NCBI GenBank assembly: GCA_043825735.1
Contig: JBDRRP010000057.1
Location: forward strand, 62,001-126,000
From: Pseudomonadota bacterium
GTDB taxonomy: Bacteria; Desulfobacterota; Desulfobacteria; Desulfobacterales; JBDRRP01
Length of the DNA: 64,000 bases
Reading direction: 5' to 3'
This document shows positions 1-8,993 of this stretch, piece after piece. How positions within the stretch are numbered: the first letter of the stretch is position 1; every line of letters begins with the position of its first letter. Both the position numbers and the translations under genes were made by a program. A model generated the notes under the pieces. That model was not told the origin of the DNA. It searched no databases and saw nothing but the letters and a program-made list of their open reading frames with translations.

Positions 1-30
1 TTGGCAGGCAGCACAGGTTACGGAGGTGTT

Positions 31-510
31 ATGAAAGGGTTGGTTCTGGGGTGTGTGGTACTGGCGTTGGTGCTGGGGGCCGGTTGCGAGCAGCTGCAGC
101 AGCGGGCGCCGGAGGTATACTGGGTCATGATCGATGCGTCGCCAAATATTTTTGAGCCCGCGGTGTTTCACAACGGGGTCGCCATCGGCGATATCCAGGC
201 AACCGACATCAGCCCCGTGCTGGTGACGCGGCTGGCGGTCACTATTGCCCCGGAGTACCAGGAACTGATGACTACCAAAACGGTTTTCATCGTGTCCGCC
301 GGACGGTTGACCATCGACGAACTGGGGCCTCTGGGCGCGCCGGTGGCTCCGGGCGCGGTCCTCTTGGGCTTTCCCTCACCGCTCTCCCTGAAATGGTTCA
401 AGACGCGAACGGTGTTTTCCCGTTCGGCCGATGTGGCTGCTGAAACCGCCAAGGCGCTTTTTGCCACTATGGATAACGGCGGACAGATGCGTGCCGCCGC
501 AGGCCATTGA
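31..510 (+). CDS. MlaD/MCE-like lipoprotein
   Basis: RBS GGAGG before ATG at 31; lipoprotein signal (LVLGAGC); segment VFHNGVAIGDI...LAVTI resembles the MCE fold. Confidence 0.55.
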   Translation: MKGLVLGCVVLALVLGAGCEQLQQRAPEVYWVMIDASPNIFEPAVFHNGVAIGDIQATDISPVLVTRLAVTIAPEYQELMTTKTVFIVSAGRLTIDELGPLGAPVAPGAVLLGFPSPLSLKWFKTRTVFSRSADVAAETAKALFATMDNGGQMRAAAGH

Positions 511-558
511 GGTGAACGTGTGCTAAACAACCGGGCGCGGATGCTTGTTGCCCGGTTT

Positions 559-1137
559 TCAGGCGGTGCCCTTCAGGCCGATCGCCTCGGCCACTTCCCG
601 CATGCCCATGATGGTGTCGGTGATCAGCTCGCCGAGTTCCACCCCCAGCATGGTGGCTCCTTTTTCGATGATGCCCCGGTTAACGCCAGCCGCGAAACGC
701 TTGTCCTTCCATTTCTTTTTCACCGATTTGGCCGTCATGTCGAGGACGCTTTGGGTGGGCCGCACCAAGGCCGATGTTGCCACCAGTCCGGTGAGCTCAT
801 CGATGGCGTAAAGCGTTTTTTCAAGCATCGTCAGGGGCTCGACATCCGAGCATATGCCCCATCCGTGGCTGACCACCGCCCGTATGAAATCGGGTGGCCA
901 TCTGTTCTCGGTGAGAATCTCCTCGGTTTTGCGGCAGTGCTGGTCGGGATAGCGCTCGTAGTCGAGATCGTGGATGAGACCGATGATGCCCCAGGTGTCT
1001 TCATCCTCGCCGTTTTTGCGCGCCATGTAGCGCATGACCCCCTCAACTGCCAAAGCGTGGCGGATAAGACTCTCGGAGGAATTGTAGGTTTTCAGAAGGG
1101 CCAGTGCCGCTTCTCGGGTGGGCGCGGTGGTGCTCAT
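559..1137 (-). CDS. HD/HDIG-domain predicted phosphohydrolase
   Basis: RHALAVE...GLIHDLDYE...H...HG...DELTG motifs; RBS GAAAGGA before ATG 1137. Confidence 0.85.
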   Translation of the reverse strand: MSTTAPTREAALALLKTYNSSESLIRHALAVEGVMRYMARKNGEDEDTWGIIGLIHDLDYERYPDQHCRKTEEILTENRWPPDFIRAVVSHGWGICSDVEPLTMLEKTLYAIDELTGLVATSALVRPTQSVLDMTAKSVKKKWKDKRFAAGVNRGIIEKGATMLGVELGELITDTIMGMREVAEAIGLKGTA

Positions 1138-1147
1138 GACATTCCTT

Positions 1148-2107
1148 TCAGGGGGCGTCGCATTCACCTTCAGCTGGGGCAGTGAAGTTGACGGCGATCC
1201 CTATCTTGGTGATGCGCGTTATTTGGCCCTCGCGCTTGATGTGGCCGGCATTATTTGGCGCAGGATAAGAGACGGTGATGGCATCGTCAACAGCTAGTTC
1301 CGCTGACGTCTTGATAAATACCCCGCCGGCACTGAGGCTGTCGATCAGACCCCTGTAAAACCGGCCGCCCACCGCAAAATCGACTTCCACCAGTCGCTCG
1401 ATACGCGGATTGCGGCGTTTTTCCTGCATGGTCAGCACTCGGTTTTCCGTCTTGCGGCGTACGCTTTCGAAATCCTGGACCAGACGGCGGTATTTTCGAG
1501 CAAACCGCAATGCCTGCCATGAAACGATCATGGCCAGCAGGGAGAGAATGCCGGCGGCGATGGCCATGATCTGCCCGAAATTGAGATCCTCCGTCCGGGG
1601 AGCGGGCGGTGCGGTGGCAGGTTCAGCAGGGGCCTGGGGCGGCGCCGCCGCAGTGGTTTCCGGGAGGGGGATCGGCGTGAGCTGAGGCGGGGCCGCCGCC
1701 GCGTCCGGCCGTGCCTCCGCAGCGTCGTCGGCCGCCGCCGCTGCCGGCTCTGGCGCAATTGATGGCGGCTGGGGTGTTTCAGACATCGGCGCCGGGAGCG
1801 CGGGCGCGCCGACCGCCGCTGCGTTTAGATAGCTGGCAAATACCCAGCCGCTGTAATCGAGGTGGTTTTTCGTGACAGAAATCTGAACCCACTGGTTTTC
1901 CTGTTTTGAGATATCCACCCGCGTTCCAGCGGTGATGCCGGTCAGTACCCGATACCGGGTGCCCGGTCCCTCGCGCAGGTTGACGTTTTGGGTGACGGTG
2001 CCCGTTGTTGGCGCAGCAACGGCGAGCACCGCAGTCAGCAATCCGATCAAGCACCCGGTGGCAAGCCACGTCCATGCCCGGCAGCGGTGACTACGATGAC
2101 GGAGCAT
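1148..2107 (-). CDS. Membrane protein: signal peptide, SH3b domain, Pro/Ala linker, TM helix, PilZ domain
   Basis: VNLREGPGTRY...GWVFASYL (SH3b); TM IMAIAAGILSLLAMIVSW; KRRNPR and DSLSAGG PilZ motifs; start at 2107 or 2140, both with an RBS. Confidence 0.8.
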   Translation of the reverse strand: MLRHRSHRCRAWTWLATGCLIGLLTAVLAVAAPTTGTVTQNVNLREGPGTRYRVLTGITAGTRVDISKQENQWVQISVTKNHLDYSGWVFASYLNAAAVGAPALPAPMSETPQPPSIAPEPAAAAADDAAEARPDAAAAPPQLTPIPLPETTAAAPPQAPAEPATAPPAPRTEDLNFGQIMAIAAGILSLLAMIVSWQALRFARKYRRLVQDFESVRRKTENRVLTMQEKRRNPRIERLVEVDFAVGGRFYRGLIDSLSAGGVFIKTSAELAVDDAITVSYPAPNNAGHIKREGQITRITKIGIAVNFTAPAEGECDAP

Positions 2108-2226
2108 TGCGCTTCCTCCTCGTGTTCCTGGTGGCGTCATGAACGCCTTTCTCCTTTCCCCGTGCGGTCGTCGCCGATCCCTCGAGAGCGCGATCCCGGG
2201 CGCGCGCCGGGCTTGCAGGCAATGCG

Positions 2227-2748
2227 CTACAAGGGGTTTTCCAGTCTGAACTGCGCCTCGCGTTCGATGATGTCGCCGGGGATGGTCGTGATCAGCTGAA
2301 GGCCGATTTCTCCATGTATTTTGCGGACAACGAGACCATCGATTTCCATAGTGGTGCCGTCGGAGAATACGAGCATACCACGTACCCATTTCTGGAACGG
2401 CAGCCCTTCCGGGTTGGCAAATCGAACGCCTTGCTCGGAAATATCCTTCACTGAATAGACGATGCCGCCGATGGTCAGGCTCGGCCGGCGACTCAATTTG
2501 TGTTGAATGCGGGCAAAGCGGCGTCGATCTTCCGGGGGCGGGGTCGACGGTTTCTTCGAGGCTACGGTCTCGCGGATGTCTTCCCTTCGGGCATAGCCGA
2601 TGGCCGAGGCGATAAAAATGACAAAAACCCCGGTCAGAAAATAGATAAAGGCATTGGGAGAGGATATGAACCATTCCCGGTTGGCCATAATCAGGATGAT
2701 TCCCACGGCCACTGTCAGGGTAATGGTGAAAATAACTTTGGTGCGCAT
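2227..2748 (-). CDS. Membrane-anchored PilZ domain protein
   Basis: Two N-terminal hydrophobic helices; RRRFAR and DISEQG c-di-GMP-binding motifs. Confidence 0.8.
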   Translation of the reverse strand: MRTKVIFTITLTVAVGIILIMANREWFISSPNAFIYFLTGVFVIFIASAIGYARREDIRETVASKKPSTPPPEDRRRFARIQHKLSRRPSLTIGGIVYSVKDISEQGVRFANPEGLPFQKWVRGMLVFSDGTTMEIDGLVVRKIHGEIGLQLITTIPGDIIEREAQFRLENPL

Positions 2749-2998
2749 AGGGTCTCTCCCAAAAAAACCGTCATGGCGCCAGTCGCAAAAGCATGGGCCG
2801 CGCAATATAACCTGCCGTATTGTTACCATACAACGAGGGCGGGTGCAAAAAAAGTGTGGAGATCCGGTAGGATATTGAACACTTCCCGGACAAAGCGTCG
2901 CGGATGCGCTCAAAGCGAGGATTTGCGGGGGGCGGATGGTCGAACCGGCTGCCGGCAGGGAGCGTGGCCGCTCGCCCTGCCGGTCAGAAAATGCGGGT

Positions 2999-3313
2999 CT
3001 ATTTCCGGACGATCTGATTTTCCAGGTCGTTGGCCATTTCCAGCGAACTGTTCAAGGCGGCGTTGATCTGAAAAAGTTGTATTTTCAAGCCTTTAAGAGA
3101 CCCCGGCGAGGCGGTGATCGGGTCTTGGCCGGCGAACAGAGCCTTCAGGGTGACGGCCTTGCCCTTTAGTTCCTCGAGTTTTTCCGCAAAAATACCGATT
3201 TCTTCGGCCCATTTCAGGCGCTCTGCAGTGCCAAAGAGAACCGCTGTGCCGCCGAGCCCGGCAACCAATGCCTCAAGCCCATAGTCTTCCGGATTGAGTG
3301 TGATTTCGTACAT
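2999..3313 (-). CDS. Hypothetical helical protein (104 aa)
   Basis: Strong RBS AAGGAGG; protein-like composition; no recognised motif. Confidence 0.65.
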   Translation of the reverse strand: MYEITLNPEDYGLEALVAGLGGTAVLFGTAERLKWAEEIGIFAEKLEELKGKAVTLKALFAGQDPITASPGSLKGLKIQLFQINAALNSSLEMANDLENQIVRK

Positions 3314-3341
3314 GACGGCCTCCTTGTTGGAAAACAGTAGG

Positions 3342-3432
3342 AAAAAATCCGCGGGCCCAGGACACCAAGGGGGTTGGAGGGAGTTGGGGGGGCGTCCTGG
3401 GCCCGGAATCGTGCAGTCGATGACTGCCCTCC
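3342..3432 (-). ncRNA. Candidate sigma-54-dependent structured leader or sRNA with a C-rich loop
   Basis: Hairpin GCAGTC/GACTGC, then a 14-bp stem (3353-3366 with 3391-3404) with a C-rich loop, followed by a U6 tract. Confidence 0.4.
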
Positions 3433-3442
3433 GAAAAACATG

Positions 3443-3458
3443 AGCAAACTTTGTGCCA
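3443..3458 (-). promoter_or_regulatory. Sigma-54 (-24/-12) promoter
   Basis: TGGCAC-AAAGT-TTGCT on the minus strand, an exact consensus match. Confidence 0.75.
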
Positions 3459-3721
3459 TCGTTGTCGCGGATTTGTAATCAGCTGAATTGAATGTCGATA
3501 CCTTCCATTTCCAGGTGCAATAGATGCGCCGAGGATCGCTATGGGGGGCAAATTTTGAACGGGCATATGGCATAAAAAGATCATTCGCGGTGGCGCAGCA
3601 CCCTTGCCCGTCGGTCCGGATCGCTTGTTTTTTATGGTGTGAATGGCATATGACAGATAGACGTACGGTTTTATAAACCACCGCAACGCATCTCGGGGCC
3701 CGTCCCCCAAGGTTACCATTG

Positions 3722-4633
3722 ATGAATATCGCCCTAATTGCCAATCCCTTTTCAGGCGGTGGATTCAGCCAGGAGGCCATCGAAACGGTCATCGTCGATA
3801 TCCGTAGTGCCGGGGGTGCCGTCACGCTGTTTGTGTCCCGGTCCGTGGGGCATTGCCGGAGTCTGGCCCGCAATCTTCCGGCAGGGGTCTACGATGCCGT
3901 CGCCTGTCTGGGCGGTGATGGTACGCTGTCTGAAGTCGTGGACGGCCTGCTCGCGGGGGCATGCGCCGATCAGTGCCCGCCGCTGGCGGTATTGCCCAGT
4001 GGGCGCGGGAACTCGTTTGCACGGGATCTTGGGATCTTCAACCTCGCAGATGGTCTGGCGGCCATGGCCGACGGAAGGACCCAGTCGGTGGATATATGCA
4101 GATACACCCAGGGAGACGGTTACCACCATTTTGTGAACCTAATGGGCTTTGGATTCGTGACGGATGTTGCCGAGACCGCACTGAACTATCCGTGGCTCAA
4201 AGATTTCAGCTACGTGATCGGCGTGCTCTACCGGGCCGCGGTCCTGCGCTGCCACCGGATGACCCTGACCATCGACGGCATCGATTATTCCGGGCCGAAC
4301 TGTTTCGTGGAGTTCTGCAACTCCCGCTATACCGGCGGGGCAATGAAAATCGCCCCCCATGCCCTGATTGACGACGGCATGTTCGACGCCGTCATTTTAT
4401 CCCCCCTGTCGCGGATCAGCCTCCTGAAGACCTTCCCCAGGATTTATGCCGGCACCCACGGCAGCAACCCGGCGGTGACCATCGTTAAAGGGAAAACCGC
4501 CACCGTGAGAACTTCTCCCGTGAAGACGCTCCTTCCTGACGGCGAGCTTTTCGGCACCACCCCCACCATCATCGATGTTCTGCCCGGCCGGCTCCGGTTT
4601 TTCACGAAATCCGTTCCTCCCTCCGCCGCGTAA
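3722..4633 (+). CDS. Diacylglycerol/lipid kinase family protein (YegS/DAGK-like)
   Basis: ANPFSGGG, GGDGTLSEVVDGL, LPSGRGNSFAR, NSRYTGG and DGE motifs. Confidence 0.9.
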   Translation: MNIALIANPFSGGGFSQEAIETVIVDIRSAGGAVTLFVSRSVGHCRSLARNLPAGVYDAVACLGGDGTLSEVVDGLLAGACADQCPPLAVLPSGRGNSFARDLGIFNLADGLAAMADGRTQSVDICRYTQGDGYHHFVNLMGFGFVTDVAETALNYPWLKDFSYVIGVLYRAAVLRCHRMTLTIDGIDYSGPNCFVEFCNSRYTGGAMKIAPHALIDDGMFDAVILSPLSRISLLKTFPRIYAGTHGSNPAVTIVKGKTATVRTSPVKTLLPDGELFGTTPTIIDVLPGRLRFFTKSVPPSAA

Positions 4634-4805
4634 CAATTATTTCGGTTATTCATAACGCTGAAGTCGCCACTGCCTGCGACATCCTTCTTCGTGGTGATCA
4701 ACAACGGGCGCCAGGGACGCAGTAAACGCCACTGTTCCAGGATCAAGAGACCGATCTACCATGCAGCTATGGGATGAATCGGGACGGTGGCGGTAATCCA
4801 TCCAA

Positions 4806-4951
4806 ATCGAAATCGGGATCGTTATCGAAATCGAAACACCGTTGGCGTCGTGGGCAGGTGTTCGGTGGCATCGGCGGCCTCTCGACAGGCGTTCTAAATG
4901 ACACGACGTAATGACTGAAGGCCTTACGGTGCAAATCGATTTCGATCCCGA
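4806..4951. repeat. Intergenic inverted-repeat element built from ATCGNN hexamers
   Basis: Five tandem ATCGNN units at 4806-4835; complementary arm TCGATTTCGATCCCGA at 4936-4951. Confidence 0.5.
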
Positions 4952-5138
4952 GGAAATCAACCACCAGTGAAAAGGCCGGCGCATTCTGTAAAAGCGCAAA
5001 GCGGAATGAAAAAACATTACTTTTTTTGTTGAAATGCATTTAGTAATGTTTACCTTGACGGCAATGAATGGGTTTTTCAATTTTTGCCGGATCAGGCCCC
5101 AGGCGGTCGGGCCGGCACGCTATCAAGGAGGATGACAC

Positions 5139-7043
5139 ATGAGCAAGATTATCGGTATTGATTTGGGAACCACCAATTCCTGTGTGGCCGTGATGGAGGG
5201 CGCCGAGGCCCGCGTGATCACCAATCCCGAGGGAGGGCGCACCACCCCGTCCGTCGTGGCAATGAACGCCGGCGGCGAGCGCCTGGTGGGGCAGATTGCA
5301 AAGCGGCAGGCGGTGACAAACCCGGAGCACACGGTTTACGGTGTCAAGCGTCTTATCGGTCGAAAGTTCCAGTCCCCGGCCGTGCAGCGGGACAGGACCG
5401 TGCTGCCCTACGCCATCGAAGCGGCGCCCAACGGGGATGTGCGCATCCGCATCCGGGACCGCGGCTACAGCCCTGCCGAAGTCTCTGCCCAGGTGCTGGC
5501 GAATCTGAAACAGACCGCCGAGGCCTATTTCGGAGAGGCGGTCACCGATGCGGTGGTCACCGTTCCGGCCTATTTCGACGACAGCCAGCGCCAGGCCACC
5601 AAGGATGCCGGCAAGATCGCCGGTCTCAACGTTCAGCGCATCATCAACGAACCCACGGCGGCGGCACTGGCCTACGGTATGGACAAGAAAGGCGACCGGA
5701 AGATTGCGGTGTTCGACCTGGGCGGCGGCACTTTCGACATTTCCATCCTTGAAATCGGGGACGGGGTTTTCGAAGTGAAGGCCACCAACGGCGACACACA
5801 CCTCGGCGGTGAGGATTTCGATCTGCGGCTCATCGAGAACATGGTGGACACCTTCAGAAAGGAAACCGGCATCGATCTGAAGGCGGACAAAATGGCCCTC
5901 CAGCGGCTAAAGGAAGCCGCTGAAAAGGCCAAAATGGAGCTGAGCAGCGCTATGGAGACGGACATCAATCTGCCTTTCATCACGGCCGATGCCAGTGGCC
6001 CCAAGCACCTGACCATGAAGATCACGCGCGCCCACCTGGAGCGTCTGGTGGCCGATCTGCTCGATCGGCTGGAAGCCCCCTGCCGGCAGGCCATGGAGGA
6101 TGCGAAACTGCCGGCGACGGCCATCGACGAAGTGATTCTCGTGGGCGGCATGACCCGCATGCCGGCGGTGGCCCAGCGGGTGGAGCAAATTTTCGGCCGG
6201 GCGCCCAACCGGAGCGTGAATCCCGATGAAGTGGTCGCGCTGGGTGCGGCCATCCAGGGCGCGGTCCTTGCCGGCGATCTGAAGGATGTGTTGCTTCTGG
6301 ATGTCACCCCGCTCTCGCTGGGGATCGAAACACTGGGCGGCGTCATGACCCGGCTGATCGAGAAAAACACCACCATCCCCGTCAAAAAGAGCGAAACGTT
6401 TTCCACTGCCGAGGACAACCAGCCCGCGGTGACGGTCCACGTTCTGCAGGGCGAGCGGCAGATGGCGGCCGACAACAAGACCCTGGGGCGCTTCGAGCTC
6501 ACCGGCATTCCGCCGGGACCGCGAGGCCAGGCCCAGATCGCGGTGACTTTCGATATCGACGCCAACGGCATCGTGAACGTGTCGGCCAAGGATCAGGCCA
6601 CCGGTAAGCAGCAGTCCATCCGGATTACCGCCTCCTCGGGGTTGACCCGGGCCGAGATCGACCGGGCCATTGGCGATGCCGAGCGAAGCGCCTCCGAAGA
6701 CGCTGAGAAGCGCGCTCGGGTGGATGCGAGAAACAGCGCCGACGCCCTGATCTACGCCACTGAAAAATCCATGCACGAAACGCAGGGGCATCTGGACAGC
6801 GGTGCGGTGCGTGATGTCCAGGCGGCCATCACCGAGCTGCGCGAGGCGATGGCCGGCAGCGATACCGCCCGGATCAAAACCTTGACCCAGCGGCTTGAAA
6901 CCCAGGTCCATGCCATGGCCGCCAGTGCCTATCAGGCGGGCCAGGGTCAAGGGCCGGCAGCCGGAGGCGGCCGAACTGCGGGCCCCGGCGCCCCGGCGTC
7001 CGAGGATGACGTGGTGGATGCCGAGTTCCAGGAAGTTGCCTGA
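5139..7043 (+). CDS. dnaK: Molecular chaperone DnaK (Hsp70)
   Basis: [45 protein letters not shown] and C-terminal DDVVDAEF. Confidence 0.97.
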   Translation: MSKIIGIDLGTTNSCVAVMEGAEARVITNPEGGRTTPSVVAMNAGGERLVGQIAKRQAVTNPEHTVYGVKRLIGRKFQSPAVQRDRTVLPYAIEAAPNGDVRIRIRDRGYSPAEVSAQVLANLKQTAEAYFGEAVTDAVVTVPAYFDDSQRQATKDAGKIAGLNVQRIINEPTAAALAYGMDKKGDRKIAVFDLGGGTFDISILEIGDGVFEVKATNGDTHLGGEDFDLRLIENMVDTFRKETGIDLKADKMALQRLKEAAEKAKMELSSAMETDINLPFITADASGPKHLTMKITRAHLERLVADLLDRLEAPCRQAMEDAKLPATAIDEVILVGGMTRMPAVAQRVEQIFGRAPNRSVNPDEVVALGAAIQGAVLAGDLKDVLLLDVTPLSLGIETLGGVMTRLIEKNTTIPVKKSETFSTAEDNQPAVTVHVLQGERQMAADNKTLGRFELTGIPPGPRGQAQIAVTFDIDANGIVNVSAKDQATGKQQSIRITASSGLTRAEIDRAIGDAERSASEDAEKRARVDARNSADALIYATEKSMHETQGHLDSGAVRDVQAAITELREAMAGSDTARIKTLTQRLETQVHAMAASAYQAGQGQGPAAGGGRTAGPGAPASEDDVVDAEFQEVA

Positions 7044-7070
7044 TCCCGCAGGTTTTCTTACCCGAGACAC

Positions 7071-7102
7071 CCGGGGCGGACCGCGCGAGCGGACCGCCCC
7101 GG
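7071..7102 (+). terminator. GC-rich hairpin after dnaK, probable terminator
   Basis: CCGGGGCGG-A-CCGC/GCGA/GCGG-A-CCGCCCCGG stem-loop followed by TGTGTTT. Confidence 0.55.
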
Positions 7103-7460
7103 CCTGTGTTTCGCCGCGCCGCAGAAGCCTCCGATTTGCGGCAAGTCTTTACATCCTGTCGCGCCGCTTTACATCCCGCCAAGAGCTGCAGATCGAAATC
7201 CGCTGTATAACGTCACATGGGTTTTCTCCCATTGCATCGGGGAAAAGAATCCGAGGGTGCAAAGGGCCGGGGGCCAAGTGATGGCGATGGGCGCGGTCGA
7301 GGACCCCGGCGGTTGTCGCGGAACCGCAGACCCCGCAGGTTTATGGGGCATTTTTCACTCAGGTCCGTGTCGCTGTTAAGCCGTATAGGCGCAATCTTCT
7401 ACCCCTTGGCCGATGCCCATCGTCTCCCGATCAGGGGGATGATCTCCATATCAAAAAAAC

Positions 7461-7476
7461 TGGCACGGCAGTTGCT
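7461..7476 (+). promoter_or_regulatory. Sigma-54 promoter of the USP gene
   Basis: TGGCAC-GGCAG-TTGCT, exact consensus, about 50 bp before the start codon. Confidence 0.8.
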
Positions 7477-7524
7477 CAACCGATCACCAGCAAGTCATTT
7501 ACGATGATGGAAAGGAGCGCGATA

Positions 7525-7971
7525 ATGTTCAAGACGTTGCTGGTACCCCTGGACGGCTCGGCCAGGGCCGAGCGGATTTTGCCGCATGTGGAAGACATCG
7601 CCCTGAAGCGGCAGTCAAACGTGGTATTTCTCCAGGTCGTGGAGTCTCCGGCACTGGGGGCCACCGTAACGGCCGCCATGATCCAGGAAAGACTCGGGGA
7701 TTTTGAAAGCCGAATGGTTGCCGCCGATCGATATCTGGCAGGCATTCAGGGCGAATTCCGGGAGAAGGGCATTACGGCCAAGCGGAAAGTGGAGAGCGGG
7801 ACCGTGGTGGAGACCATTATCCGGGTGGCCGATCAGGAATCGGCCGATCTCATCGCCATGGCCAGCCACGGCCGCGGTGGGTTGTCGCGCGTTTTCTACG
7901 GCAGCGTTGCCGCCGGCATTCTCCAGCAGGTGGACCGACCGTTGTTGGTGATCAGGGCGCGTCGCCTTTAG
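7525..7971 (+). CDS. Universal stress protein (UspA family)
   Basis: MFKTLLVPLDGS and DLIAMASHGRGG...GSVA motifs; RBS AAAGGAG. Confidence 0.93.
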   Translation: MFKTLLVPLDGSARAERILPHVEDIALKRQSNVVFLQVVESPALGATVTAAMIQERLGDFESRMVAADRYLAGIQGEFREKGITAKRKVESGTVVETIIRVADQESADLIAMASHGRGGLSRVFYGSVAAGILQQVDRPLLVIRARRL

Positions 7972-8608
7972 GTGACCGACCACAGGTGGCATCTTTTGGC
8001 CCAGAGCTGCGTTTTCGCGCCATTTGCCGTCCTCAACGTGGCTCCGCCACGCCTGCGGCGACAAAAGTGCTCAGGCCTTGCTCTGAACCAAAATCTACCG
8101 CCTGTGGCCGGTCACGCCGTTTTTTCTTGGACATGCGCTGCGCGCCGGATTCCAGGCGAAAAACATGGCCCAGGGCGGCGTTTTCAGGCGTTTACGCGGT
8201 TTGTCGGGTTGTGGTAAGGGCGGGCGGATAAAAAACGCCATCCCCGAACCGGAGACGCTTTATGGCGCTGCGCACATTCCAATTGACCGGTGCGCCCAGG
8301 AACGCATCGGCGGTAACGGATGGGGCCTGCTTCAAGTGCTTTTGGAAATGGAACCGCTCGCCGCCATCATCGATCCACGGGCCGCGTTCGCAGATGCCGC
8401 CGACAGGGTCCTGACCCGGCGGGCGCTCGCCGATCCTCGTCCCCACGTCTTTTCGCAGTGGCTGCCCGGCTGGAGGCGGCGCCTGGCAACCTATCTGGAG
8501 CCGGCGCTCTGAAGGGGACTGCGATAAAATGCACAAAAACCCGTGTATCCTTCCACGAATCCAGGGCATTTTCTTATGGTCATGAAGTCGCGACACCCAA
8601 TATGGGTG

Positions 8609-8925
8609 AAAACACGAAATGCCTCGAACGCCTGTTTCGAGCCAGGGGACCGGTCATGAGCTAACAAGGAAGATACATTAACCACGAAATACACGAAACA
8701 CACGAAAGAAGAAGGATAGTCAATTTCGGGCATTATCCAAAGGGCGACGTGCAGCGGATCGTAGTGTGAGCCTCGGAACACTCAAAATATGCGAAAGATA
8801 GAACTTTTCGTGTGTTCCGTGTGTTTCGTGGTTAAAAGCGGTTACTGCGGCCAGGCGTTGGGAATGACCCGTCGATCTGCCCGTGCTGCCAAGGGCCGAT
8901 GCGGGTGATCAGCATCATCAACACC
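8609..8925 (+). pseudogene. Decayed IS91-family transposase relic (left copy), interrupted by a palindromic element
   Basis: 8866-8922 reads DPSICPCCQGPMRVISIIN, like the C-terminal DPLxCPxCxGxMRII motif; 8609-8647 (NTKCLERLFRAR) is shared with the right-hand relic. Confidence 0.55.
8678..8835. repeat. MITE/REP-like palindromic element, copy 1
   Basis: Ends TTAACCACGAAATACACGAAACACACGAAA and TTTCGTGTGTTCCGTGTGTTTCGTGGTTAA; near-identical copy at 14604-14758. Confidence 0.85.
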
Positions 8926-8993
8926 AGCCCAGCCCGGATGACATGATCTGCGCCCTGAGTCATGAGCCCGAAAAACCGGGGCCCTCAGTGTCG

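Noticed and set aside
2141..2674. N-terminal extension of the 508-aa ORF (similarly for glnE, purF and the GOGAT subunits)
   Set aside because: The extensions overlap real neighbouring genes; better starts with an RBS lie downstream
5029..5058. Sigma-32 promoter for dnaK
   Set aside because: TTGAAA is present but there is no convincing CCCCAT -10 box
8165..8512. 115-aa ORF upstream of the left IS relic
   Set aside because: No RBS or recognisable motif; may be a gene remnant but cannot be supported
8678..8835. CRISPR array
   Set aside because: Arms are inverted 9-bp tandem units, not direct repeats with unique spacers; no cas genes in the window
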